A stretch of DNA of 64,000 nucleotides from an uncultured Bacilli bacterium. Lineage in GTDB: Bacteria; Bacillota_I; Bacilli_A; RF39; UBA660. Each line of letters starts with the position of its first letter. The first letter of the stretch is position 1. A program made the translations under genes and the position numbers. Below are positions 38,868 through 48,116 of this stretch, one piece after another. The DNA lies in the NCBI GenBank assembly GCA_934096125.1, contig CAKOLB010000004.1, forward strand, positions 55,117-119,116, in the 5' to 3' direction. The notes under the pieces were generated by a model. It ran no database searches. It saw only the letters and a list, made by a program, of their open reading frames with translations, and had not been told where the DNA came from.

Positions 38868-41136
38868 ACCAAATAGAGGGACTGGAAAAGCTAAGGATTT
38901 TAAGGGAGCGCTTAAAAGACTATTTAAAGAATTAAAAGAGTTTCGAGTGCTAGTTTCTATAGCAATGGTTTTGGCTGTTGTCTCAGCAGTTTTGACTATT
39001 TGTACTCCTAATATTTTATCTGATTTAACGGATAAGATATCTGAGGGACTAGTAATAAATAAAGATAATTTTGAAAAAATTACTAAAGAAGTAACGGGCT
39101 CATTTAGTCAATCAAAAATGGCTAGTATCATGGCGATGGATTTAAGCGATAAAAAAATGATGAGTTTATTTTTAGATAGTAGTATTTCGCCAGAAGATTT
39201 GGAAAGTTTTCAAAAAATAACTAAGTCGCTTCAAAATACTAGTGATGAAAGTGAACAGATGAAGTTAATTGCTAGCATTCCATCTAGTATTTTGGCGAAA
39301 GTTTTAAACCAAGATGATAAAATAAGTATTCAAGATAAAGTAACATTTATTAAAAGTATGGGTAGTGATTTAGTTATTCCTGATAGCATTGCTAGTAGCT
39401 TATTTACAGAGTTTTCTATTGATGGTGTAGTAATTACTAGTAGTGATTCTGCTAGATTTATGGAAATGCTTAGTACGGTAAAGGATGAAGATGTAAGTCT
39501 TTTATATAGTAAACTAGATAAGTTACCTGATAATATAAAAGAAGTAGTAAAGCCTGTTTTGGATATGGTAAAAATTAAAAGTATTGCTCTTACACTTGTT
39601 GTTATTTACTTAATTAGTGCGTTATTTAATTATATTGAATCTATATCTATGACTAGTGTTTCGAATAATTTTGCTCGTCGTATTAGAACAAAAATATCAG
39701 AAAAGATTAATGCTTTACCACTTAAATACTTTGATAAACATGCAACTGGTGATACTCTTTCAAGAGTAACTAATGATGTTGATACAATTGCCCAGTCGAT
39801 GAATCAGTCATTGTCAACTTTAGTAAGTGCTGTAACATTATTCTTAGGAACAGTCCTAATGATGTTTGTGACAAACTGGGTTATGGCATTAACAGCGATA
39901 ATTGCAAGTTTACTGGGATTTATCTTTATGGTGCTTGTTCTTTCTAAATCACAAAAATATTTTGTCGCTAAACAAAAAGGTTTAGGAAATTTAAATGGAC
40001 ATATTGAAGAGATATATTCAGGACTTATGGTAGTAAAAGCTTATAATGGTGTGAAAGATGCAACTGATAAATTTAATAAATTAAATTATAATTTATATAA
40101 TGCTAATTGGAAAAGTCAATTTTTATCAGGTCTTATGATGCCAATGATGGTATTTATTGGAAACTTTGGTTATGTTGCAGTATGTATTGTTGGTGCATTA
40201 CTTGCAATGAAAGGTTATATTAGTTTTGGTGTTATCGTAGCATTTATTGTGTATGTTAGATTGTTTACATCACCTTTATCACAAATAGCTCAAGCGATGA
40301 CAAGTTTACAATCTACTGCAGCGGCAAGTGAAAGAGTGTTTGAATTTTTAGATGAAAAAGAGATGAGTAGTGAAGAAAAAGTAACTAAACATTTAGATAA
40401 AGATAAAGTTAAAGGAAAGATAGAATTTAAACATGTATCCTTTAAATATGATGGTAATGATAAGCCGACGATTAATGATTTTAGTGCTATTGCAAAACCT
40501 GGTCAAAAGGTAGCGATTGTTGGACCTACTGGAGCAGGAAAGACAACCATGGTTAATTTGCTTATGAAGTTTTATGATATTAATGATGGGGAAATACTTA
40601 TTGATGGAGTATCAACTAAAGACTTGACAAGAAAAAATATTCATAGCTTGTTTACGATGGTTCTTCAAGATACTTGGATTTTTGATGGAACTGTAAAAGA
40701 AAATATTGTATATAATCAAAGTGATGCAAGTGACTATGATGTGCGAGAAGTTTGTAAGACTGTTGGGCTTGATCATTTTATTAAGACGTTACCTAGTGGT
40801 TATGATACAGTTATTAGTGAAGATTTGATTTCGGCAGGACAAAGACAACTTTTAACAATTGCTAGGGGAATGATGCAAAATGTGCCTTTCCTAATTTTAG
40901 ACGAAGCAACTAGTAATGTTGATACTAGAACGGAAGAATTGGTTCAAAAAGCGATGGATAAACTTACGGAAGGAAAAACTTCATTTATAATTGCCCACAG
41001 ATTATCCACAATTAAAAATGCAGATTTAATATTAGTTATGAAAGATGGTAATATTATTGAACAAGGTGATCATGAAAGCCTTCTTGCTAAAAAAGGATTT
41101 TATGCTGATTTATACAATTCTCAATTTGAGTTATAG
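38860..41136 (+). CDS. ABC multidrug-type exporter, fused permease/ATPase subunit 2 with large extracytoplasmic insertion
   Basis: NBD with Walker A GPTGAGKTT, signature ISAGQRQLL and Walker B LILDEATSNVD. About 190 aa of hydrophilic sequence inserted between TM1 and TM2. Start overlaps the stop of subunit 1. Confidence 0.8.
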   Translation: MPRPNRGTGKAKDFKGALKRLFKELKEFRVLVSIAMVLAVVSAVLTICTPNILSDLTDKISEGLVINKDNFEKITKEVTGSFSQSKMASIMAMDLSDKKMMSLFLDSSISPEDLESFQKITKSLQNTSDESEQMKLIASIPSSILAKVLNQDDKISIQDKVTFIKSMGSDLVIPDSIASSLFTEFSIDGVVITSSDSARFMEMLSTVKDEDVSLLYSKLDKLPDNIKEVVKPVLDMVKIKSIALTLVVIYLISALFNYIESISMTSVSNNFARRIRTKISEKINALPLKYFDKHATGDTLSRVTNDVDTIAQSMNQSLSTLVSAVTLFLGTVLMMFVTNWVMALTAIIASLLGFIFMVLVLSKSQKYFVAKQKGLGNLNGHIEEIYSGLMVVKAYNGVKDATDKFNKLNYNLYNANWKSQFLSGLMMPMMVFIGNFGYVAVCIVGALLAMKGYISFGVIVAFIVYVRLFTSPLSQIAQAMTSLQSTAAASERVFEFLDEKEMSSEEKVTKHLDKDKVKGKIEFKHVSFKYDGNDKPTINDFSAIAKPGQKVAIVGPTGAGKTTMVNLLMKFYDINDGEILIDGVSTKDLTRKNIHSLFTMVLQDTWIFDGTVKENIVYNQSDASDYDVREVCKTVGLDHFIKTLPSGYDTVISEDLISAGQRQLLTIARGMMQNVPFLILDEATSNVDTRTEELVQKAMDKLTEGKTSFIIAHRLSTIKNADLILVMKDGNIIEQGDHESLLAKKGFYADLYNSQFEL

Positions 41137-41528
41137 AGAGGAAACTTCAGTTCATGCTAAATAAAAAACATATTTAGTTTGAATAGTAAAAAGTGTTAAG
41201 TTTTTCTCTTTTTTTTTACAGTAAATAAGAGTAAAATTTTTAATTATTTAAAAATAAATTAAATATATTAAAAATAATTATATCTATTTTTTTCTTTTCC
41301 AAATGAAATTTTCTTATTACGACAAAAAAACAAATAATTACAACTCATAGAATGATGTGTGATCACTTCAAAAGAAATTTTTTGCTCTTGTTGAATTTTT
41401 TTGCTTGGCGATGATATAAATTACTTAGGTGGTAAGTATTTACAATATAAGAAAATATGATAAACTAGTTATACCAAGTATGACTATAACTTTAAGATTA
41501 AGTTAGTAGTTTAGTGGTGGAGGATGTT

Positions 41529-42089
41529 ATGTTCGAAGTAGAATTAAATTATATACGAAATGAGAGAATAAGGGAGAGTGCTAAAGTTTTAATTGATGGA
41601 TTGCCAGAGTACTTTTTTCGGATTGCTGCCTCTTCAACGGGAAAATATCATCCTGCTTTTGCCTTGGGTGAAAGAGGTTTAGTAAGACATACTAAAGTAG
41701 CGGTGAGAATAGCGTATGAGTTATTTCAGATTATACCTTATGATCGTTTATTTTCTAGTGATGAAAAAGATATTATGATATTAAGTTTATTGATACATGA
41801 TGGAATAAAAAAAGGATTTACTGAAGAAAGATATACTAGGTTTGATCACCCTAATTTGATAGCAGATTATGTGGAGTTAAATAAAGGGAAAACTAGGCTC
41901 AGTGAAAAAGAGATAGATTTAGTAAAGCATGTTTTAAACTCCCATATGGGAAAGTGGAATACAAATCCTTATAGTAAGGTTGTGCTTAAGCTTCCAAATG
42001 ATAAATATCAATATTTTGTGCATATGTGTGATTATTTAGCTAGTCGTAAGTTTTTAAATGTTAATTTTAATGGTGATAATATAGAATAA
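41529..42089 (+). CDS. HD-domain protein
   Basis: HPAF…LLIHDGIKK motifs consistent with an HD phosphohydrolase fold. RBS GGAGGA before the ATG at 41529. Confidence 0.5.
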   Translation: MFEVELNYIRNERIRESAKVLIDGLPEYFFRIAASSTGKYHPAFALGERGLVRHTKVAVRIAYELFQIIPYDRLFSSDEKDIMILSLLIHDGIKKGFTEERYTRFDHPNLIADYVELNKGKTRLSEKEIDLVKHVLNSHMGKWNTNPYSKVVLKLPNDKYQYFVHMCDYLASRKFLNVNFNGDNIE

Positions 42090-42190
42090 AGATGGTAATA
42101 GTTGAAATAGCATAAGGTGCTAAGCAGATAAAACAATGTTAAATAATTTTTGGGATATTTCGTTTTTTGAAAAAAGGCATATAATATCTT

Positions 42191-42238
42191 AGGTGATAAC
42201 ATGAATGATAGAGCTTTAAAAAAGGTGGTTTTGGATGC
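42191..42238 (+). pseudogene. fragment A (codons 1-16) of an interrupted CwlC-type N-acetylmuramoyl-L-alanine amidase gene
   Basis: ATG at 42191 encodes MNDRALKKVVLDAGHG, the canonical start of the Amidase_3 domain (xDAGHGG), then diverges into element sequence (RYCYSTQ*). Preceded by a promoter-like CATATAATA. Confidence 0.7.
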
Positions 42239-42373
42239 CGGACATGGGAGATACTGTTATTCTACACAATGAATAGAAACTATCAGAACTAGTTGATTTA
42301 CATGAAAATTAAACTTTAAAGAGATATTTGAAAAAGTATCTCTTTTTGCATATTAAAAAAAAGGGGGAATTAT

Positions 42374-43633
42374 ATGAGTTATGCAATATTTAGAAGTCAA
42401 CCAATAAATACACTACAAGATTTAGCGCAAATTGGTTCACACAATAAAAGAGAAAAGAAAGCTTATAAGAGCAATCCAGATATAAAATTAGATAGAAGTA
42501 AGGATAATATAGAATTAGTAAAATGTGCTGAAAAATATGTTAAAAGATTTTACGAATTAACTAAAGACTATAAAAAAGAACATGAAGAAAGACAAAAGAC
42601 AATGCGAGAAGATAGAAAAAAATCCTATTATAAAATGCTTAATGATGCTAGAAATGTAGTAGCAGATGAATTGTTATTTACAAGTGATAGTTTATTCTTT
42701 AAAGATAAAAGTAAGAAAGAAATATTAAGGTGGGCTAATACTTGTATGGATTTTGTTTATAATGATTTAGGTTATACTAAAGAACAGGTATTACATTCTA
42801 CTATTCATATGGATGAAAAAACACCACACATTCATTGTGTAGTGATTCCACTAGTTAAAAAATTAGATAAAAGAACTAATACAGAAAGATATACTATCTC
42901 AAAAAAGCAATATATCAAAAATAACGAGCATTTAAGTGAATTACAAGATAAATACCATAATAGATTAGTTAAGGCTGGTTTTGATCTAGAAAGAGGTTTA
43001 AAAGGCAGTACAGCAGAGAATATAAATATAAAAGAATTTAAAAAAATGACTAGAAGGTTAGATAAGTCATTAGAGAAAAGTACACTATTATTAAATGATG
43101 ATTATAATGACTTAAAAGTTAAATTAAATAAAAGTAAACCTACAATAACTGGCAAGGAAGTTAAAATAGATAAAGATACTTATCAAACATTAAATAAATT
43201 TATGAGTACGGCTAAAAGAATAATAGAAGATATTCCTAAAACACAATCAATGGTAAAAACTTTAGATGAGTATACCAAAATCTTTAGAAGTACGCAAAGA
43301 GAGAATATTCAATTAAAGAAAGAAGTAAATAGACTTGAATTAGAAAAAGAAGAAATCAAACAAGAAAATAATAGACTAGAAAATCTTATGTATAATTTAC
43401 TTCAAAGATTAAAAGATTTATTTAAAAAAATTCTTCATATAGGTACTGATAAAGAAAAAGATAATGTATCAAAAGAAATAAAGTATCATTATGATAATAA
43501 TTATTATAACGATTTAGATTTATGCTATATTTCTAAGGGAACAACTAAAGAAAGAGATATATTTGAACACATTGGTTATATCAAAAAAGGGTATAACAAA
43601 GAAAAAGAAGAAGATTTTGATATAAATAGATAA
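42374..43633 (+). CDS. MobV-family (Mob_Pre) plasmid recombination/mobilisation relaxase
   Basis: N-terminus MSYAIFRSQPINT… and the HxDExxPHxH motif (STIHMDEKTPHIHCVVIP) are typical of pMV158 MobM-like relaxases. Confidence 0.75.
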   Translation: MSYAIFRSQPINTLQDLAQIGSHNKREKKAYKSNPDIKLDRSKDNIELVKCAEKYVKRFYELTKDYKKEHEERQKTMREDRKKSYYKMLNDARNVVADELLFTSDSLFFKDKSKKEILRWANTCMDFVYNDLGYTKEQVLHSTIHMDEKTPHIHCVVIPLVKKLDKRTNTERYTISKKQYIKNNEHLSELQDKYHNRLVKAGFDLERGLKGSTAENINIKEFKKMTRRLDKSLEKSTLLLNDDYNDLKVKLNKSKPTITGKEVKIDKDTYQTLNKFMSTAKRIIEDIPKTQSMVKTLDEYTKIFRSTQRENIQLKKEVNRLELEKEEIKQENNRLENLMYNLLQRLKDLFKKILHIGTDKEKDNVSKEIKYHYDNNYYNDLDLCYISKGTTKERDIFEHIGYIKKGYNKEKEEDFDINR

Positions 43634-43699
43634 GTCAAAACAAAAACGGACTTTTTTCGTGGTATAATAAAGAAAAACTTGTTATTTTTGGAGGTAGTT

Positions 43700-45910
43700 A
43701 TGAACAAAGAAAATAAAATTATAAATTTTAAAAATGAAGATTCAAAGAAAAATATTTCTTTAGAATTAGATAAAAAAATGATTTTTATTTACGGTAAAAA
43801 TGGTAGTGGCAAAACAACTTTTTCTAGATCGAACGATTTGGATAAAAAATATGTATTTAATGAAGACTTCGTATATAAAAATGTTTATATAATAGACGCT
43901 GAAGGAGCAAAAATTGATTCAGGTGTTAAAAATAATTTTTCAGAGTTGCTTGTTGGAGAAGATGTTGTTCTATTAAAAGAAAAACAAAATAAATTAGAAG
44001 AAATATATAAAGAATTAAATACTAAAAGTAATGATAATGAAACATTTATCAATTCTAGTTTAGCAAGTAATGGTATTCCAAACAGTTATAATTTTTTAAA
44101 GGAAAAAGTTGATGAAACTTTTAATTATGATGAAACAAAAACAATCGAAGAACAAATGGAGATATATAAGAGCGATTTAGAATTGGAACAGACTATTACA
44201 AATGATAAAGAGTTAGAAATCAATGTGAATCAAATAAAGAAACATGAGAATATTAAATTATTAATAGAAAAAATAAAAAAAATACCATTGTTAGAGGAGT
44301 TTCTTTTTTCAGAGGATTATCCAATACTATTGAAACTTAATTCTGATTTAGACATTATTAATACAAATATTCAAAACATTAAAAGTTTAGAAGAGTTAGG
44401 GAAAAAGAAAAGGGTAGAAAAAAATGATTTTTCTATTATAAGAGATTGTATAACATTACAAGAAAAAGTGGGAACTGATATTTGTGTATTATGTGGTAAT
44501 ACTGAAATTAAAGCAGGTATAGAAGAATGGAAGAAAATATTTCAGGACAAAACAGTAAATTTAAAAACGAAAGTAATATCAGAATTAAATGATATTCTAA
44601 AAAATTGTAAAACTATTATTGATGATAGAAAAGTATATGAACCTGTTGCACCTGGTACTATTAACAATATAATAATATTTATAGGAATTATAGAAAACGC
44701 TTTAAAAGAAGTGAATTTAGGCAATGTTTTAGAAATTAAATATCAAGAAATCGTAAGAGAAAAATATACTGAAGACATTATTCAAAAGTATAAAACTATT
44801 GCAAATTACGTATTAAAGAAATATAAAGATAAAACTATTTTCTTAAATTCATCACTTAAAAGTGTAGGTGGTAAAATAAAAGTAATAAAAGAAAACATAG
44901 AAAAAATTTTAAAGCTAAATGCTGACACCCATAAAGAATCAATAAACTCTATTCTTAAAGATTTGGGATTAGATAAAGAAATAACCGTTGGTGTTGATAG
45001 ACTAGGCGGTAAAATAAAATATTCACTAAATGTAGTTAATAACAATTTATCAAAATTGAGTGATGGGCAAAAACATAAATTAGCTTTGGCAATATTTTTA
45101 AATACTATTAAAAATGAAGATTTAAAAGGTAAAACAGTTGTGTTTGACGACCCTGTTGTTGCGCTTGATGAACTAGGATATCACTTTTTTAAACAATATG
45201 TTATAAAAAATATAATGAATAATCCTAACATAGAAGAATGCCCTAATCTTATTATATTAACTCACAACTTTAATTATCTTTATATACAAACAAGTAATAT
45301 AATAATTAGTCCTAATTTACAAGACAATACAAAAATATTGAAATTAAATTCAGATGGATTTAAAGAATTAGATTTTGAATTGTTTAAATTAGATGATATC
45401 GCATTATTTAAAAAATGCTTAGATAATATTAAGTATGAAGATGAATTGATAGACTTAAGTAGTTTATACAATAAAGTTTTTAGAGAATTTTTGGATTTAA
45501 AACTAAGAATACTTGGAAATCCATTAAATGGTAATCCAGCAGAAGAAATAAAGATAATAGTATCTGATGAACAAACAAGAAAATTGTTGCAGGAACAAAG
45601 TAATAAGTTAAGTAGTTATTCAAAAAATAAAAATATAACAATAGAAGAATCGAAAGAAGGTTTTTGCTTATTATCAGATATGCTAAAGACAATAGGGTTT
45701 GATGAATATATTCTGCCTCAAAACATTGATTCAATTAAAAATATTGTAAAGAGGGAAGAAATAATTTATTCAGATATATTTTATATTATTCATGAAATAG
45801 CAAATATTTTAAGAAATGAAGATAATAAATATAAAAATTATATAAATTATTTAAATCATCCAAGAATATCATTTACTAAAAATATGATGTCAACATCTAT
45901 GGATGCATAG
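43700..45910 (+). CDS. large AAA_13/ABC-type ATPase (PrrC/RloC- or Abi-like), candidate defence protein
   Basis: Walker A IYGKNGSGKTTF near the N-terminus. Long coiled-coil/insert region. Distant signature/D-loop LSDGQKHKLALAIFLN…VVFDDPVVALD. C-terminal about 250 aa unassigned. RBS GGAGGT before the ATG at 43700. Confidence 0.55.
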   Translation: MNKENKIINFKNEDSKKNISLELDKKMIFIYGKNGSGKTTFSRSNDLDKKYVFNEDFVYKNVYIIDAEGAKIDSGVKNNFSELLVGEDVVLLKEKQNKLEEIYKELNTKSNDNETFINSSLASNGIPNSYNFLKEKVDETFNYDETKTIEEQMEIYKSDLELEQTITNDKELEINVNQIKKHENIKLLIEKIKKIPLLEEFLFSEDYPILLKLNSDLDIINTNIQNIKSLEELGKKKRVEKNDFSIIRDCITLQEKVGTDICVLCGNTEIKAGIEEWKKIFQDKTVNLKTKVISELNDILKNCKTIIDDRKVYEPVAPGTINNIIIFIGIIENALKEVNLGNVLEIKYQEIVREKYTEDIIQKYKTIANYVLKKYKDKTIFLNSSLKSVGGKIKVIKENIEKILKLNADTHKESINSILKDLGLDKEITVGVDRLGGKIKYSLNVVNNNLSKLSDGQKHKLALAIFLNTIKNEDLKGKTVVFDDPVVALDELGYHFFKQYVIKNIMNNPNIEECPNLIILTHNFNYLYIQTSNIIISPNLQDNTKILKLNSDGFKELDFELFKLDDIALFKKCLDNIKYEDELIDLSSLYNKVFREFLDLKLRILGNPLNGNPAEEIKIIVSDEQTRKLLQEQSNKLSSYSKNKNITIEESKEGFCLLSDMLKTIGFDEYILPQNIDSIKNIVKREEIIYSDIFYIIHEIANILRNEDNKYKNYINYLNHPRISFTKNMMSTSMDA

Positions 45911-46067
45911 TCTTTTTTGAAAAATGGATATATAAAGATACATTTTAGTAACACACTACGATATTGACAGAGCCAATAACGATGTGTGCCAAGGGGATTG
46001 TCCCTTTGGAAACCCTATTAGCTCTATCGCCACTTTCATTGCTAAAGCAACAAAACGTGCCACGAGC

Positions 46068-46101
46068 TAAAAAGACTGACAAAAATTAATTGTCAGTCTT
46101 T
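46068..46101. terminator. bidirectional rho-independent terminator
   Basis: AAGACTGACAAaaattaaTTGTCAGTCTT hairpin flanked by A/T runs, between convergent genes. Confidence 0.65.
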
Positions 46102-46361
46102 TCTGATGGAATATCATCAAATAGTTGTCTGATGTCTATTCCTAAAGCATCAGCAAATTTACCTATGGTTTCTAATGTTGGAGTTTTATCAATGCTTAAG
46201 CATTCTAAATCTCGAACATATCCATGAGTCAGTTCAGTTAAATCAGCTAATTCTTGAAGTGTATAACCACGTATAAGTCTGTATTTTCGAATGTTTTTTC
46301 TAACTTGAATAGATAAAATTGTTTTTGAATATCTTCTCATAGAAGTTATACACCTCCTCAC
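46086..46361 (-). CDS. XRE-family helix-turn-helix transcriptional regulator
   Basis: IRGYTLQELADLTELTHGYVRDLE HTH_3-like motif. About 85-91 aa. Confidence 0.65.
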   Translation of the reverse strand: MRRCITSMRRYSKTILSIQVRKNIRKYRLIRGYTLQELADLTELTHGYVRDLECLSIDKTPTLETIGKFADALGIDIRQLFDDIPSEKTDN

Positions 46362-46448
46362 ATTTAAATTATTTCATAAAAATTTTAAAAAATATGTCGC
46401 CTGACAGAAGTTTTTGTGATATAATTAAAATGAAAGGAGACTGCTTTT

Positions 46449-46925
46449 ATGAAGAAATGCAAATATTGTCAAACTGAAATTGACTCAAAAGCAAAAATTT
46501 GCCCAAACTGTAAAAAGAAACAAGGTAAACCAAAATGGTTAATAGCTTTAATTGTTATTATTGTAATAATGATTATTGCATCTGTTGCTGGAGGTAACGA
46601 AGAGAATGCTAAGGAAGGAAATGTTTCAAACGGAGGTAATAAGCCAACAGAAAAATTTACTTATGAAGTAACAAAACAATATGCAGATGAATATGGTATG
46701 TCTTATTATATAGAAGGTAGTGTAAAAAATAATAAGGATAAAGATTATTCATATGTTCAAATTGAATTTGTTTGCTATGATGCAGAAGGCAATAACCTTG
46801 GAACTGCTATTGATAATACAAATAATTTACTAGGAAATCAGACTTGGAAATTTAAAGCAATGGCTATGTTTAGTGATGCTGAAACTGTTGATCATTGCGA
46901 TTATCATGAAATAACAAGCTGGTAA
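46449..46925 (+). CDS. hypothetical zinc-ribbon membrane-anchored protein
   Basis: CKYCQ…CPNC zinc ribbon and one TM segment, followed by a small extracellular domain. Confidence 0.45.
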   Translation: MKKCKYCQTEIDSKAKICPNCKKKQGKPKWLIALIVIIVIMIIASVAGGNEENAKEGNVSNGGNKPTEKFTYEVTKQYADEYGMSYYIEGSVKNNKDKDYSYVQIEFVCYDAEGNNLGTAIDNTNNLLGNQTWKFKAMAMFSDAETVDHCDYHEITSW

Positions 46926-46932
46926 AATAGTT

Positions 46933-46958
46933 GGAAGTCTTTTTAAGACTTCTTTTTG
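46933..46958 (+). terminator. rho-independent terminator
   Basis: GAAGTCTTTTTAAGACTTCttttt: hairpin followed by a T-run. Confidence 0.6.
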
Positions 46959-47035
46959 TTAGATTTTTTTACCAAAATAGTCGTTTTATATTTGTTTTAT
47001 GTTATAATAATATTTAATGAAAAAAGGGTGGTTTT

Positions 47036-47335
47036 ATGTATCAATTATTGAGTTTATTCAGTTTTCTTATTAGGGCATATTTGTGTTATTGCACAATAGA
47101 TAATATTCCAATATTAGCTAATCCGATATTAAATAGTATTTTAGGGGAAGTAATATCCTTATATACTATTTTGTGGGCAATAAGTTATTTTGTTGTTGGA
47201 AGATTTTATGATAAAGGTTCTGAACCCTTGTTAGGTGTTATTTTATATTTTATTGTATATGTTGTAATTCTGGGAATTACATATTTATTGTTGTTATTAT
47301 TAACATATATTGGAGTTTTACCAATAGTTATATAA
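47036..47335 (+). CDS. hypothetical small membrane protein
   Basis: 99 aa, 3 predicted TM helices. Confidence 0.35.
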   Translation: MYQLLSLFSFLIRAYLCYCTIDNIPILANPILNSILGEVISLYTILWAISYFVVGRFYDKGSEPLLGVILYFIVYVVILGITYLLLLLLTYIGVLPIVI

Positions 47336-47338
47336 ATA

Positions 47339-47368
47339 AAAAAACTTATCGTTGTGATAAGTTTTTAT
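47339..47368. terminator. bidirectional rho-independent terminator
   Basis: AAAAACTTATCgttgtGATAAGTTTTT hairpin between convergent genes. Confidence 0.6.
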
Positions 47369-47904
47369 AGGTTTATTCTATCATCAGGTAATTTTGAGTA
47401 ATCATATTTTTCAGCACACATTTCTAAATCTTCGTAAATAGAGGTTAATTGTGCTAATATTTTTTCGGGTGGAAGTAATTCTTTATAATAATCATAATCT
47501 TTAAGTAAAAGCATCATTTGGAATATTCTTGTTCTGCAATCAGCAACTTTAGTTCTTTTCTCATAAGAATCTTCTAATAAATCCAATTGAGATTCTCTAT
47601 ATTGTTTTACTAATTCCTTTATATTTTTAGGAGTTTTATGTTTTGAAGTGTCTTTGAAACTATCTAGAATATCACTATAACCAGCAGTAGTTAAAAGAAA
47701 TTCTAAACTTATTTCTAATACTTCAGATAAACTTCTTAACATATCTATATCTGGTTTTTTAATATTACCTTTTTCAAGTTCATTATATGTAGAGTGATGT
47801 GTATTGATTAAACGAGCTACTTTTCTTTGAGAGTAGCCTTTTTTTGTTCTAGCAGTCCTTAATATTTTACTTAATTCTTCAAGATTAGCATTATTATTTT
47901 CCAT
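47365..47904 (-). CDS. XRE-family HTH regulator with C-terminal extension (repressor-like)
   Basis: N-terminal HTH (KGYSQRKVARLINTHHSTYNELEKG) plus about 110 aa of C-terminal domain. Divergent from a Rep-like ORF, forming a phage-like regulatory module. Confidence 0.6.
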   Translation of the reverse strand: MENNNANLEELSKILRTARTKKGYSQRKVARLINTHHSTYNELEKGNIKKPDIDMLRSLSEVLEISLEFLLTTAGYSDILDSFKDTSKHKTPKNIKELVKQYRESQLDLLEDSYEKRTKVADCRTRIFQMMLLLKDYDYYKELLPPEKILAQLTSIYEDLEMCAEKYDYSKLPDDRINL

Positions 47905-48116
47905 TTAAACCACCTCTAAAATGCTTTCTTCCAATAACATAATACCATAACGAAAATTAAAAAGCAATAATTTTGTCGGTTATTCTTGACAAAATTATAA
48001 TTACAATGTATATTATAGTTGTCGGGCAATCTTGACAAAAAAGGGGGATAGTAATAAAGTAGATTGCTAATGCGACTAATGTTCTTTGAAAATTTACACA
48101 AGTCTTTAAAGGTTAA

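Noticed and set aside
41137-41513. 377-bp AT-rich intergenic region after the ABC operon, considered as a possible riboswitch or leader
   Set aside because: Very low complexity (A/T runs), with no conserved riboswitch core motifs or convincing stem-loops. More likely a promoter or spacer region.
44542-45734. Four minus-strand ORFs (60-84 aa) antisense to the large ATPase gene
   Set aside because: Low-complexity hydrophobic translations, all inside a long plus-strand ORF with Walker motifs.
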